DNA of 64,000 nt from Planctomycetota bacterium (lineage in GTDB: Bacteria; Planctomycetota; Brocadiia; JAADGH01). The notes under the pieces were generated by a model. The model saw nothing but the letters and a program-made list of their open reading frames with translations. It was not told where the DNA came from and did no database searches. Made by a program: the position numbers and the translations under genes. The stretch covers positions 192,001 through 256,000 of the forward strand of contig JBFMAD010000003.1 of assembly GCA_040755855.1 (NCBI GenBank), in the 5' to 3' direction. Below, piece by piece: positions 19,153 to 29,368 of this stretch (the first letter of the stretch is position 1; each line of letters begins with the position of its first letter).

Positions 19153-19809
19153 TCAGTGCAGCAGCGCATACGCCAACACGTTCGCGTTGATCTCGTCGGC
19201 GTTGTGAATCTCGCTCCCTCCGCAGCAGCAGCACCCGCGGACATGCTGGGTGGAGTTCAGTCCCAATGCGGCGTAGATCATTACCAACCGACCGTTGATG
19301 ACCATCCCCTCTAAGTATCCGTGATGTCGCCCGTGACGAGTGGCGATGCTGCCGATGTCGTAAACCGTACGAAACACCGGATGGTCCATGGGTAGTTTTA
19401 CCAACTCGAACTCGGGAAACACCACCCGCATCTCATTGCGGAACGCCCCGTCCCACTGCTTGTTCGAGCACCCTGACGACGCCAGCAGGAACCCGCCGCG
19501 CATCAGATAGTCCCGCAGGTTGTGCCGCTCCATGTCCGTCAGTTGGAAGCCCCCCTCGCCGCTCATGATGGCAAAGGGATAGGTGTAAATCTCGTCTGTC
19601 TCCAGCTTGACCGGCCGGAAGTGGGGCTCCACACGGATACTTGTGTCCCGACGGAGGCGCGCAAGGAACCCGTCGCTGAAGCACACAGCGCTCTTCGTCC
19701 GGGCATACACCAAGTTGGCGCACTCCACCTCCGGCGGCTCCTGCGCATTGCTCTCGAAGCACAATAACCCAATGAAAAGGGTCAACGCCGCGGCATGGCG
19801 ACTATTCAT
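19153..19809 (-). CDS. DUF4159 domain exported protein
   Basis: YPFAIMSGEG.F.LT..ER.NLR.YL.RGGFL, LP.DHPVF, N.NVL.YAL.H; signal peptide. Confidence 0.85.
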   Translation of the reverse strand: MNSRHAAALTLFIGLLCFESNAQEPPEVECANLVYARTKSAVCFSDGFLARLRRDTSIRVEPHFRPVKLETDEIYTYPFAIMSGEGGFQLTDMERHNLRDYLMRGGFLLASSGCSNKQWDGAFRNEMRVVFPEFELVKLPMDHPVFRTVYDIGSIATRHGRHHGYLEGMVINGRLVMIYAALGLNSTQHVRGCCCCGGSEIHNADEINANVLAYALLH

Positions 19810-22700
19810 TCGTCTTCCTCCTCGGCGACCACCTTGAAGTATTCCTCCACCAGACGTTTATACTCATCGGCGTAGTTCTCCGCCCCCTTCACTGTGAATT
19901 CGATAGATCGGTCCTCCACCCGCATTGTCTCCGTCGCGTCTTTCCCCGGCTGTGCCGCGCGGTCCGATGTCGCCGGTTGTTTCGGATCCTTTCTCTCCCC
20001 GGAGAGCGACTCCCCCCCGGACTCGGAGTTTGGGCCGTACAGGGGGACCGAGCGCGCCTCCCCATAGAGACCCCCCTCACCCTCTCCGCCCCCCCCGCCG
20101 TGGCCGCGACCGGACTTCCCCATCCGCCCCCGAAGCGCGGCAAGGAACTGATCCAGCGTCGAACCCATCTCCCCCTGCTTCATGCCCATCCGCCGCTCCA
20201 GGCGCCCGTCGCCGAAGGGGCATTTTGCATTGCCCGCGCTGCACTGCTTGCACTCCTGCCCCGTTCCCTCCATCCCTTCTAATGCCTTCTTCGCGCTTGC
20301 ATGGCCGTTCACCCCCGCCGCCATCCGCATCAGCCCTGCGGCGGCGGACATGTTTTGTTGAATTTCCTTTCTGTTAATTTCATCGGCAACCTGCCCCGCC
20401 GCTTTCGATAAATCCGGGGACTCCTTCTCCAGTGCACTGCCATGCTTCCGGAGGTCCTTCTGCACCTCCCCCAACTCGCCCTCGATCTCCTGCTGCTCTC
20501 GGGCCAGTTCCTGCATCTGCCGCCGGTCCGCCTCCGTTGCGTTGCTTGGGTCCTTGCCGCGGAAGCGCTCCATCCGCTTCACCAAGTCGCGCTGCCGGTC
20601 GGTTAGTTCCTTGAACCGTTCCGCATCTTCGTATAACCGCAGCACGTCGGCCATCTTGTCCAACGGCTCGTTCACATCTCGGCCCATCCGTCCCGCCATT
20701 TGGCCCAGGCGGTCGGCCGCCTTGCGTTGCGCGCCCTGCGACTGCGCCAGGCTGTTCGCCCGCTGGTTCCCGCTCTGCTTCTGCGCGTCCCGCATCTGTT
20801 GCGACGCCTGCTGCATGTCTTGCTCAGCGACCTGTCGTAGCTGCTCCGCCATCTCCCCCTGCTTCTGTTGGAACGCCCTCTCCACGTCGTATAGCGGCGG
20901 TTCCTTCGACATCTGCTCCAGCCGCCGGGCCAGCGACTCGGTCTGATCTTTCAGGTGTTGCTGCTCGTCGGCCAAGTCCTTCAGCCGCTCTCCATCCGCT
21001 TTGCTCGGCTCCTTGCCCTCTTTGGCTTCTTTCTCGGTCTTCTCCTGCAGCTCGGCGACCTGTTGCGCCAACTCGTCCTGCTTCTCGGCCATCTCGCGGA
21101 GTTGGTCGCGGATCCCCTCATACTTCCGCAACAGGTCCTCGATGGTCTTCTCCTGCCGAACCAGCTTCTGGTAATCCTCCAGCGAGAGGACCTCGATCTT
21201 CCGCACCTTCGTGTCCGCCGAGCGCGGCCCGCCGGGGAAGGCGTCGTGGGCCGTCGCGTAGTACTCGATCACATCCCCCGGCTTCGCGCCGAGTTTCTTC
21301 AGATCGAAAGGCGTCGCGTGCGTCATGGCCCGGCAAGGCGGCTCCTTCACGTTCACTGTCTCGCTCTGCCAGTCGCCATTGTTGATCTTCCGATGCACGT
21401 CAATCCGGCTGAGTCCATAGTCGTCCTCCGCCCGCGCCTCGGCGGCGATGGTAGAGTCCGGCGTAGCCTTGACATCCGCCGTCGGCGCGACGAAGGAGAT
21501 CGTCGGCGCCCGGTCGTCCAGCAGGCGCACCGGCCGCTTGAATTCGTCGCGGCTCTCGATCCCCTCGGCGTCCGTCAGGCGGAGGTTGAACGTCCCCGTC
21601 GCCACGATCGCAAATTCACCGCCGACCTTCTTGTCTTCCCGCGGGATCGCCTTCATGGGCTGCGGCTCCGCACCGTAAACGTCCGCCGGTTCGAGCGCGA
21701 TTGCCCCGCTCGCGAGGGGGCGATTTGAGATCGCCTCCAGCGTCACCTTCGTCCCCTGCACCCCCTCGACGCCTGTTTTTCCAACCGTCTCGGTCCGCGA
21801 TTCGAGGTGGGTATATGGCGGGTATTCATACGTCGCCAGCACCCGCTCAAACCGGGGATGCAGCACCACCTGCACCCGATACCACTTGCTCCGGCACCGG
21901 TATCCCCGGATGCAGTAGTCCAGGTCCGCCCGCAGGTTCTCGATCTTCTGGAAGTACTCCCGCTCGCCCGTTCGGAGGAGGGCCATGCGGGTCTCCGCCC
22001 AGTCGGCGCATCGGGTGCAGAGGGCCAGTTCCTGAGGGATCGGCCCCTTGATCGCGGCGCGGACCGTCACGCCCTCGCCGTAGAAAACGCTCACCCCCTT
22101 CGGCTCCACGTCGAATCTTGTGAATGAGAACGGCGGGTGGTCGCCGAAGGGGTCAACGTATCGCGGGATGATGGCCCAATACACCGACGGCGCGCAAACC
22201 AGCGTCGCCAGCGCCGCGAACAACACCCCGGCCAAAATGCGTCGCTCCCGCACCAGATTCTTCCGCGGGACGCACTCGATCGGCTGCACCGCCCCCACGC
22301 GCTCCTCTGCGCGGGCCACCTCGCGCTTCATGAGGGGGACCGACATCCCCGCGCCGCCGTCGGCTAAGACATCGGCGAACTCGACGGCGTTGATCAGTAC
22401 GTTGTCTAAGTCGGCATGCCTCTGCTCGATCATCATGGCCAGACCGCGCCGGTCGCGCGCCTCGCGCCGGGCGCGTCTTGCCAGCGCGAATGCAAATGCA
22501 GCGACGCCAAACACGGCGGCCGCATCGAGGGCTGCACGCGCCCATGACCCGCACTGGAACACCAAGTCAACGGCGACGAGCACGAGCACAGCCAAGACGC
22601 ACACCCTGACGAACGCAAACGCCCTCGTCCATGCGCAGACCCACCTAAATCGCCCGCGCAGGTCCATGAGTATCTTGTCCACGTTTTTTGTCTGTTCCAT
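19806..22700 (-). CDS. large membrane-anchored coiled-coil protein (DUF4175-like)
   Basis: N-terminal TMs, YEYPPYT, DDRAPTI, AEDDYGL, long Q/E-rich coils, EY..LVEEYF end. Start reassigned to ATG 22700. Confidence 0.8.
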   Translation of the reverse strand: MEQTKNVDKILMDLRGRFRWVCAWTRAFAFVRVCVLAVLVLVAVDLVFQCGSWARAALDAAAVFGVAAFAFALARRARREARDRRGLAMMIEQRHADLDNVLINAVEFADVLADGGAGMSVPLMKREVARAEERVGAVQPIECVPRKNLVRERRILAGVLFAALATLVCAPSVYWAIIPRYVDPFGDHPPFSFTRFDVEPKGVSVFYGEGVTVRAAIKGPIPQELALCTRCADWAETRMALLRTGEREYFQKIENLRADLDYCIRGYRCRSKWYRVQVVLHPRFERVLATYEYPPYTHLESRTETVGKTGVEGVQGTKVTLEAISNRPLASGAIALEPADVYGAEPQPMKAIPREDKKVGGEFAIVATGTFNLRLTDAEGIESRDEFKRPVRLLDDRAPTISFVAPTADVKATPDSTIAAEARAEDDYGLSRIDVHRKINNGDWQSETVNVKEPPCRAMTHATPFDLKKLGAKPGDVIEYYATAHDAFPGGPRSADTKVRKIEVLSLEDYQKLVRQEKTIEDLLRKYEGIRDQLREMAEKQDELAQQVAELQEKTEKEAKEGKEPSKADGERLKDLADEQQHLKDQTESLARRLEQMSKEPPLYDVERAFQQKQGEMAEQLRQVAEQDMQQASQQMRDAQKQSGNQRANSLAQSQGAQRKAADRLGQMAGRMGRDVNEPLDKMADVLRLYEDAERFKELTDRQRDLVKRMERFRGKDPSNATEADRRQMQELAREQQEIEGELGEVQKDLRKHGSALEKESPDLSKAAGQVADEINRKEIQQNMSAAAGLMRMAAGVNGHASAKKALEGMEGTGQECKQCSAGNAKCPFGDGRLERRMGMKQGEMGSTLDQFLAALRGRMGKSGRGHGGGGGEGEGGLYGEARSVPLYGPNSESGGESLSGERKDPKQPATSDRAAQPGKDATETMRVEDRSIEFTVKGAENYADEYKRLVEEYFKVVAEEEDE

Positions 22701-22702
22701 GG

Positions 22703-24940
22703 TCAGATCAATCCGCCCCTCCGCCGGAGAAACCATTCGATCCCGAAGAGCGCCGCGATCATCCAAAAGACGGGGTTTCGGTCCCAGATCTCCGCAAGTT
22801 GCACGTCTTTCTGCCTTTCCCCTTCCCGGGCCTGCAACAGGCCGCGCAGCGAGTCGAGCTGGTCTGGGGGGATCGTCGCGCCGCCGGACAGCTCGGCCAG
22901 CCGTTTCATCACCGCCGGCTTTGCCGCGCAGCGGAGGTCCTCCAGCGCGTCGGCATAAACGGTGAATCGGGTCGTCAAGTCCTCTTTGCTCCCGATCTGC
23001 TTCAGGACGCCGACATGCTCCCCCTGCTGCCGCGGGAAATAGCTGCCCGTGTAGGCGCCGGGGAGGTCCGGGTCGGAATACAGAGCAATCGCTTGCGTCT
23101 TCCCGTTCGGCTCCCGGACTTCGACCCTCGGCTCGGCGGCGTCCTGCCCCGGGGAGCGCGTTCGCACGTAGAATGTCACTTCGTCGCCCATGCTGTAGCT
23201 CATGGCGCTGGTCTGGAAGGCCATGTCGCTGCCGGGGGCGAAATCGGTTTCCGCCATCAGCCACCGGAGCATCTGCCCCCAGAAGCGGGCATAAACCGTG
23301 TCGTACTCCTTCAGTCGGTCCGGCAGGAAGGCCCACCGCCACAGCCCGGCGGCCGACACGCCGAGCGTCTTTCCCTTGCCGTAGCGCTGAAACACGACGA
23401 GGGGCGCATCGTCCCGCCCGACACCCTGGCGTCCACGCGCCTTAGCGAGGGTGACCGCCAGCAACTTCTGTTTGCCCGGCATCTCGGCATACAGCATGGG
23501 CGGCAGCTTGCGCAGGACGACCTCGGTCGGCTCGCCGGGGGATAGGGCCAGAGACGGGTTCGACCGACCCTCGGCTGTCACTTCGACCGCCACATCGCGC
23601 ACCCCCTCACCCGACCATGCAATCGGGGAGAGTTTCTCCAGGCCCGGCAGACCGTCCAAGTTCGGCCTGCCACGGGCGAAGATCAGCACCCCACCCTTCT
23701 CCGTGAGGAACGCCTTCAGCAGATCGGCGTAGTCGTCATCCACCATGCTGTCAATCCGCTTGCCGAGGATGACAATGTCATAGGCAAAGAGATCGTCGCG
23801 GGAGCGCGGGAGCGCGACCTGGCGCGATGGGATCGTGCTGTCGCCGCGCTCGTCTTCCGCAATTGCGAAGACCTTGCTCTGCGCCACGCGGAAGACGCTC
23901 GTAAGGGCGACATTCGGATCCTGCCGCAGGGACTGCGCGAGGAACTTGCTGTCCCAGTAAGGCTCGCCATCGAGGAAGAGTACCTTGATCTTCTCGGCCA
24001 GGACGCTGAGGAAAACCGTTCGATGGTTGTTCTCCACCGTCGCCTCACCGTCCAGTGGGTCGGTTACGAGGGTGTACTTCGCGACGCCTGGTTTGCGCTC
24101 GACGATCGGGAAGCTGACGGTGTGTTTGGATTGTCCCTTAAATTCCACCCATTCCTCGCCCGCAATCCCCCCGTTTTCATGAAGGAGCCGGACCTTTACG
24201 GCGGCGCGATCGTATCCCTGCTGAAGCACGTCGGCCTCGATAAGCGATTTCTGGTTCACAAAAACAAAATTCTGCCGGCTGCGGCTGACAATGGAGACGT
24301 CCCGGGCCTCCCCTTCCGTCCCGATGCAGCAGGTCCAGAGGGGGACGTCCATCGAGCGGGCGCGGCGCGCGGCGTGGTCCACATCCCCGCCGCTGTTGTC
24401 GTGGCCGTCGGAGAGAATAAGCACGCCGGCCAGCTCCGTGCGTCCGTCTTCGCCCCGGTTCACCAGGTTCAACAGGCTTCCTGCGAGGTCGGTGCGGTCC
24501 CCGTCGGCGCGTTTGATAGATTGAAACTCGTCGGCGGTGAGGGAGGCCGCCTTGTCGGAGAATTCGCAAAACTCGATATCATAGTCACGCGACAAGTCGT
24601 CGAACAGCGTCTTGGCGCAGTAGATCAGCTTCTTCTCCACGGAGAGGCGCGACTTGCCGTCCATATCCTCGACGTTCATGCTCCGGGAGGTATCGAGCAG
24701 GACGCTGAGGATCGGTTTCTCACCCGTCTTTTCCTCAGGAACGGGGCGCATGGGCTTGAGAAGAATCATCGCAATTGCGACAATCCCCATGCCGCGCAGC
24801 AGCGCGAGGGCGACCCGCTGAACCGGCGCAAGCCGGCCCGCACCGCGAGCGTAGGCGTAGCCGACCAGCGCCAGCGCCGCGCCGGCCATCGCCACGATGG
24901 CGGAGACAGGGATCATGGGCTGGAACACGATGTCGCTCAT
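22703..24940 (-). CDS. vWA + glutamine-amidotransferase-like membrane protein
   Basis: DTSRSM MIDAS, LSDG, GKGK..LWRW, EWFLRRR.GL terminus; ATGA overlap with the upstream gene. Confidence 0.8.
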   Translation of the reverse strand: MSDIVFQPMIPVSAIVAMAGAALALVGYAYARGAGRLAPVQRVALALLRGMGIVAIAMILLKPMRPVPEEKTGEKPILSVLLDTSRSMNVEDMDGKSRLSVEKKLIYCAKTLFDDLSRDYDIEFCEFSDKAASLTADEFQSIKRADGDRTDLAGSLLNLVNRGEDGRTELAGVLILSDGHDNSGGDVDHAARRARSMDVPLWTCCIGTEGEARDVSIVSRSRQNFVFVNQKSLIEADVLQQGYDRAAVKVRLLHENGGIAGEEWVEFKGQSKHTVSFPIVERKPGVAKYTLVTDPLDGEATVENNHRTVFLSVLAEKIKVLFLDGEPYWDSKFLAQSLRQDPNVALTSVFRVAQSKVFAIAEDERGDSTIPSRQVALPRSRDDLFAYDIVILGKRIDSMVDDDYADLLKAFLTEKGGVLIFARGRPNLDGLPGLEKLSPIAWSGEGVRDVAVEVTAEGRSNPSLALSPGEPTEVVLRKLPPMLYAEMPGKQKLLAVTLAKARGRQGVGRDDAPLVVFQRYGKGKTLGVSAAGLWRWAFLPDRLKEYDTVYARFWGQMLRWLMAETDFAPGSDMAFQTSAMSYSMGDEVTFYVRTRSPGQDAAEPRVEVREPNGKTQAIALYSDPDLPGAYTGSYFPRQQGEHVGVLKQIGSKEDLTTRFTVYADALEDLRCAAKPAVMKRLAELSGGATIPPDQLDSLRGLLQAREGERQKDVQLAEIWDRNPVFWMIAALFGIEWFLRRRGGLI

Positions 24941-27048
24941 GCCCGCCTCCACCTATGCGTCAGCGCCTGCTCCACGGAGATCACGACGAGCGATGCGATG
25001 AGGAGATAGTGCCAGATCGGCCGGCCGAGGCGCACAGCGGCGAGCGTCTGCTCGCCGGTCCCCGCCTCGACGAAATGCTTGTCGCCGGAGCGAGACCGCT
25101 TCGCAATCGCCTGCTCTTCCATGGGGCGCAGGTCGCTCTCGTCGGGGTGGACATTAACCGCAACGGCCCCCGCCACTTTGCCGTCGGCGAGGATCCGATA
25201 AACACCCGGCTGCTCCGCGCCCTCGATGGCGACCGACACGCTGTCGCCCATGCAGTCCGTGACAACTGTCTTGTCCTCCGACGCCGGTCCCCGCGCCGTG
25301 ATGATCGCGTCGCCGCGCGGAAGGAGGATGGACGTTCGGCACGGCGTCCCAACAAGACTGCCGGTATCCGTCCCTCGCCGCGGTCGTAGGCAACGAATCA
25401 TCTCATGGACGAGGGGAACGAAGTTGACATTCCGCGCCAGGTTGCTGGCATCCGGGGCGGGGGAGAAGTTGCAGAGCACGAGCGTCCCGCCGCCCACGTT
25501 GCGCCGCGCCATGGAGATCGTGCCGTCTTCATAGGTGAGCAGTACCTCCGAGAGATCATCGGCGGGGATGGTTTGGTTGAACTTGTAGACCTTGATAGAG
25601 GTGAGGTCGCCTTTTTCCGGATCGCGAAACATTGCGAGGAGAGGGCTGTCGAAGTTCGCCTCGCGGAAGTAGGTGAAGGCGTTGCGCTGCGCGGAGAGGT
25701 CGAACTGCTCGCCCACGGTGAAGGGGACGATCCGGTCGTCGCCGCCCAGCGCATCAAGCGCCGCAAGGTTTTCCTTCGCTTCCCTGTCGCACAGGAAGAA
25801 GACGGCGCTGCCGCCCTCTTTCACTGTTCGGAGCAATCGGGCCAGGGCATCCTGTGGTATGGCGCCCGTTTCGGCGAAGATAAGCACGTCATAATCCCTT
25901 AAATTACAATGCCTTAGCTGATCGGTCCGAACGGTCTGGACGTTCAGCTTTCCGGCTCCGTCGCGGAAGGGACGCAAGGCCCGGGATAGGAAGTAGGACG
26001 CCGATCTGCGGTCCTTCGGGTCGGAGTCGGTCACGACAAGGACGCGAATCTTCTCCTGCACGGCGACGACAAAGAAGCGCCGGTCGTCCGGCGCCAGACC
26101 GTCCTCGGAGATAGACACTTCGCCAGGATAAATCCCCGGCCCGCCCAGCCGACAGGGGAACGACACGGATGCGGATGCGAACGCCTGAACCCGGACGGAC
26201 CGCTCCATTTCCTCCCCCGTGTCGAAGCTCAACCGGACCGAGACGTCTTGCGGCTCGGCGGCGAAATTGGCAACCTCACACTCCACAGTCACCGGGTCGG
26301 CGGCCACCGGTGCATTCGGCCGGACGGTCGCCGATGTGACGGCTCGGTTGGCCGCGTTCGGGATGCCAACGTCCACGAAGTAGACCCGATAGTCCTTCTC
26401 GATCCAGGCCATGTCCACATCGGACCAGTTGCTGCGCTGGAAGTCGGAGAAGACATAGACTTCCTTTCTCGGACTGTCGTCCTCGGCAAGTTGCCCGGCG
26501 GCCATGCGGAGGGCGGCAGCGATGTCGGCTCTGGCGGCGGTCGGATCGGCGCGTCGCAGGTCGTCTTGGAGGCTGTGCACGTTTGGGGCAAGGCGGGGGT
26601 AGGAGGCAACGGGCGCGGCGCCGGCGAGGATCAGGTTGGCGCGGTCGCCGGGCCGGATGGAGTCGAGGAGTTGGATCGCCTCGGCCTTCGCTCTTGCGAA
26701 TGGGGTCGCCCCGCGGCGGGTGTAGGTCATGCTCATGGAACCGTCGAGGACGAGCACGGCGGCCGTCCCTCCTTCTTTCGGCTTCCCCGTGAACGACGAG
26801 TAGGTGATGAACGGTTTGAGGAAGGCAAACGCGACCAGCGCGATGAACAGCGCCCGAAGCGCGAGGAGGATGATGTGTCGCAGGCGGCGGAAGACGGATT
26901 GCTCGGTGACTGTCCGGCGGAGGAAGCGGATGGTGGGGAACTCGATCCGCCTCGGCTCGTGGCGGTGGTAGAGATGGATGGCGATGGGGATGGCGATGCC
27001 GAGGAGGCACAACCCCAGGGCCGGGTTGGCGAAGCTCAGCCAGCTCAT
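24937..27048 (-). CDS. BatA domain + vWA protein
   Basis: IPIAIHL..R..FPT.RFL (BatA), LDGSMSM, FSDFQ, AVN..ESDL, C-terminal TM. Confidence 0.85.
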   Translation of the reverse strand: MSWLSFANPALGLCLLGIAIPIAIHLYHRHEPRRIEFPTIRFLRRTVTEQSVFRRLRHIILLALRALFIALVAFAFLKPFITYSSFTGKPKEGGTAAVLVLDGSMSMTYTRRGATPFARAKAEAIQLLDSIRPGDRANLILAGAAPVASYPRLAPNVHSLQDDLRRADPTAARADIAAALRMAAGQLAEDDSPRKEVYVFSDFQRSNWSDVDMAWIEKDYRVYFVDVGIPNAANRAVTSATVRPNAPVAADPVTVECEVANFAAEPQDVSVRLSFDTGEEMERSVRVQAFASASVSFPCRLGGPGIYPGEVSISEDGLAPDDRRFFVVAVQEKIRVLVVTDSDPKDRRSASYFLSRALRPFRDGAGKLNVQTVRTDQLRHCNLRDYDVLIFAETGAIPQDALARLLRTVKEGGSAVFFLCDREAKENLAALDALGGDDRIVPFTVGEQFDLSAQRNAFTYFREANFDSPLLAMFRDPEKGDLTSIKVYKFNQTIPADDLSEVLLTYEDGTISMARRNVGGGTLVLCNFSPAPDASNLARNVNFVPLVHEMIRCLRPRRGTDTGSLVGTPCRTSILLPRGDAIITARGPASEDKTVVTDCMGDSVSVAIEGAEQPGVYRILADGKVAGAVAVNVHPDESDLRPMEEQAIAKRSRSGDKHFVEAGTGEQTLAAVRLGRPIWHYLLIASLVVISVEQALTHRWRRA

Positions 27049-27058
27049 CCCAATCACC

Positions 27059-28099
27059 TCACATCGTCAATCGCTTGTAGAGATACTTCTCGAGGACGCG
27101 ATAGTACTCGGTTTCCGTGTTCACCAAGTTGTAGTCAATCTGCCGGGCCGCAGCGTGGGCCTTCATCTCGGCAATGAACGCATTCATGTGCTGTTGGTAC
27201 TCGCTCCGCACGTCGTCCGGCTCGGCGGTGATGCTCTCTGCCGTCTCCGCATCAACGAACCGGACGTTCGGGAACGCGGGCAGCTCCCGCTCGTCGTGAT
27301 GGAGCACGTGGAGGAGGATGACGTCGAACTTGCGATGGCGGAACATGCTCAGCGACTTGAAGATTCGCTCAGGGTCGTCGAGGAAGTCCGACACCACGAT
27401 GAGCAGTCCACGTTTTTTCAGGATCGGAAAAATTTTTCGCAGGGCCTCAGCCACATCGGTGCGCCGGCCGATACGCAGGTCCTCAAGCGCGTTCAACATG
27501 CCGAAGAGGTGCGGGGCTGTCCCGCCGGGGGGGCGGAAGTATCGAACTTGGTCGTCGAAGATCGTCAGGCTCACTCTATCCCCTTGTTTGACAATAAGAT
27601 ACGCCAACGCCGCTACAAGGTAGGAGGCGTATTCGATCTTCGACAGCCCGCCGTCCCGGCCGTATCGCATCGACGCGCTCTGGTCGAGGAGGATGTGGCA
27701 GGTCATGTCCGTCTCCTCCTCGAAGAGCTTGATGTAGTGGCGGTCGCTACGGGCGTAGGCCTTCCAGTCAATGGCGCGAATCTCGTCGCCGGGGACGTAC
27801 TCCCGGTAGTCCGCGAACTCGACGGAGAAGCCGAAGTAGGGCGAGCGATGACGGCCCGCGAACCGCCCCTCGACAATGGTCTTTGCGATGAAGTGCATGT
27901 TGCGGAGTTTCTTCAGGCTGCGAAGATCGAGGTACTTCCAGCGCGAAGGCTTTTGCGGGGCGGGCGACGTGGCCGACCTCGGCCGCGTGAGAGGGTTGAC
28001 AAACACCTCGCCCGGCGCGGGGGTTACAGGGATGGGCGCTGCTGGGGTCCGGGCCAGCCTGCGGAGGAAACGTCTCTTTCTCTCTGTTATTTGCGACAT
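27059..28099 (-). CDS. DUF58 domain protein
   Basis: G.HRS..G.SVEFADYREY.PGDEIR.IDWK, LDQSASM, VSDF. Confidence 0.92.
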   Translation of the reverse strand: MSQITERKRRFLRRLARTPAAPIPVTPAPGEVFVNPLTRPRSATSPAPQKPSRWKYLDLRSLKKLRNMHFIAKTIVEGRFAGRHRSPYFGFSVEFADYREYVPGDEIRAIDWKAYARSDRHYIKLFEEETDMTCHILLDQSASMRYGRDGGLSKIEYASYLVAALAYLIVKQGDRVSLTIFDDQVRYFRPPGGTAPHLFGMLNALEDLRIGRRTDVAEALRKIFPILKKRGLLIVVSDFLDDPERIFKSLSMFRHRKFDVILLHVLHHDERELPAFPNVRFVDAETAESITAEPDDVRSEYQQHMNAFIAEMKAHAAARQIDYNLVNTETEYYRVLEKYLYKRLTM

Positions 28100-28104
28100 G
28101 GCGA

Positions 28105-29151
28105 CTACTCCGCGGCTGATCCGTAAAGAGGCTGGTTTACGTTGGCGAGAAGCTGGTCAATGATGTCCAGCGACGTAATGCCCTCGCCGGCGGCGTTGTA
28201 GTTGGGTAGGATGCGATGGCGGAGCACCGGCGCGGCCATGTCGCGCACGTCGCGCACGGACGGGGCCGGTTTGCCCTGGAGCACGGCCCATGCCTTGGCG
28301 CCGAGGACGAGGTACTGCGAGGCCCTCGGCCCCGCTCCCCACTCGACGAAGTCGTTGACAAACTGCGGGGTGCCGATGTCGCCCGGTCGGGTCTGCCGGG
28401 CAAGGTCCACCGCGAAGCGGATGACGTGCTTGGATACCGGCACGCGGCGGACGATCTGCTGGAAGTCCATCACGTCCTCCTTCGAGAAGATCGGCTCAAC
28501 CTTATGGACCTCCGCCGTCGTGGTCTTCTCGACGATCTGTTCCTCGATGTTCTGGGCGGGATAGGAAATGTAGAGGCAGAACATGAAGCGATCCAACTGC
28601 GCCTCCGGCAGTGGGTAGGTCCCTTCCTGCTCGATCGGGTTCTGCGTGGCGATGACATGGAACGGCTTCGGGAGGGGCATGGTCTTGCCGGCGGCGGTGA
28701 CGGCGTACTCCTGCATGGCCTCGAGGAGGGCGGACTGGGTCTTTGGCGGCGTTCGGTTGATCTCGTCGGCGAGGATGATGTTGGCGAAGATCGGCCCCTT
28801 CACAAATCGCAGGGCGCGTTCGCCGGTGCTCTGGTCCTGCTGGAGGATCTCGGTGCCGGTGATGTCCGACGGCATGAGATCGGGCGTGAACTGAATGCGC
28901 TTGAAGTCCCACGAGAGGGCCTGCGCGAGGGTCTTGACGAGGAGCGTCTTGGCCAGGCCCGGCACGCCGACGATGAGGCAGTGCCCGTCGGCGAACATGG
29001 TGATGAGGAGCTTTTGCACGAGGTCAATCTGGCCATAGACGACCTTGGCAATTTCCTTCATTAGCCGGGCATTGCCGTCTCGGATGCGTTCGATGGCGGC
29101 AAGGTCGGCGTCCTTCAGGGGTTCGGCCACGGGGCTTGGGGGCTTGGTCAT
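28105..29151 (-). CDS. moxR: MoxR family AAA+ ATPase
   Basis: GVPGLAKT (Walker A), RIQFTPDLMPSD, LADEINRTPPKTQSALLEAM, TQNPIEQEGTYPLPEAQLDRF; SD AAGGAG. Confidence 0.95.
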   Translation of the reverse strand: MTKPPSPVAEPLKDADLAAIERIRDGNARLMKEIAKVVYGQIDLVQKLLITMFADGHCLIVGVPGLAKTLLVKTLAQALSWDFKRIQFTPDLMPSDITGTEILQQDQSTGERALRFVKGPIFANIILADEINRTPPKTQSALLEAMQEYAVTAAGKTMPLPKPFHVIATQNPIEQEGTYPLPEAQLDRFMFCLYISYPAQNIEEQIVEKTTTAEVHKVEPIFSKEDVMDFQQIVRRVPVSKHVIRFAVDLARQTRPGDIGTPQFVNDFVEWGAGPRASQYLVLGAKAWAVLQGKPAPSVRDVRDMAAPVLRHRILPNYNAAGEGITSLDIIDQLLANVNQPLYGSAAE

Positions 29152-29368
29152 GCGTTTCTCCTTACACGGGGTCACGGGTGCTGTTTGAATCAGTATATCA
29201 CACAAATCGGCCCTCGTAAAGCCGATAGGGTCCCTGCAATTATATACGGCATGGGGCGGTGTGTTATTTTCCATTGGCCCGGAAGCGGCAAGATGCCGCT
29301 TCTACTTTGGGCGAAAACATGCCATAATGGGACGGAAGAATCGGATGCCAGCGACGAAAGGATAACCC

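Noticed and set aside
22701..23342. N-terminal 214-aa extension of the 1178-aa ORF
   Set aside because: It overlaps the vWA gene in another frame and has shadow-ORF composition. ATG 22700, right after the upstream stop, is the better start.
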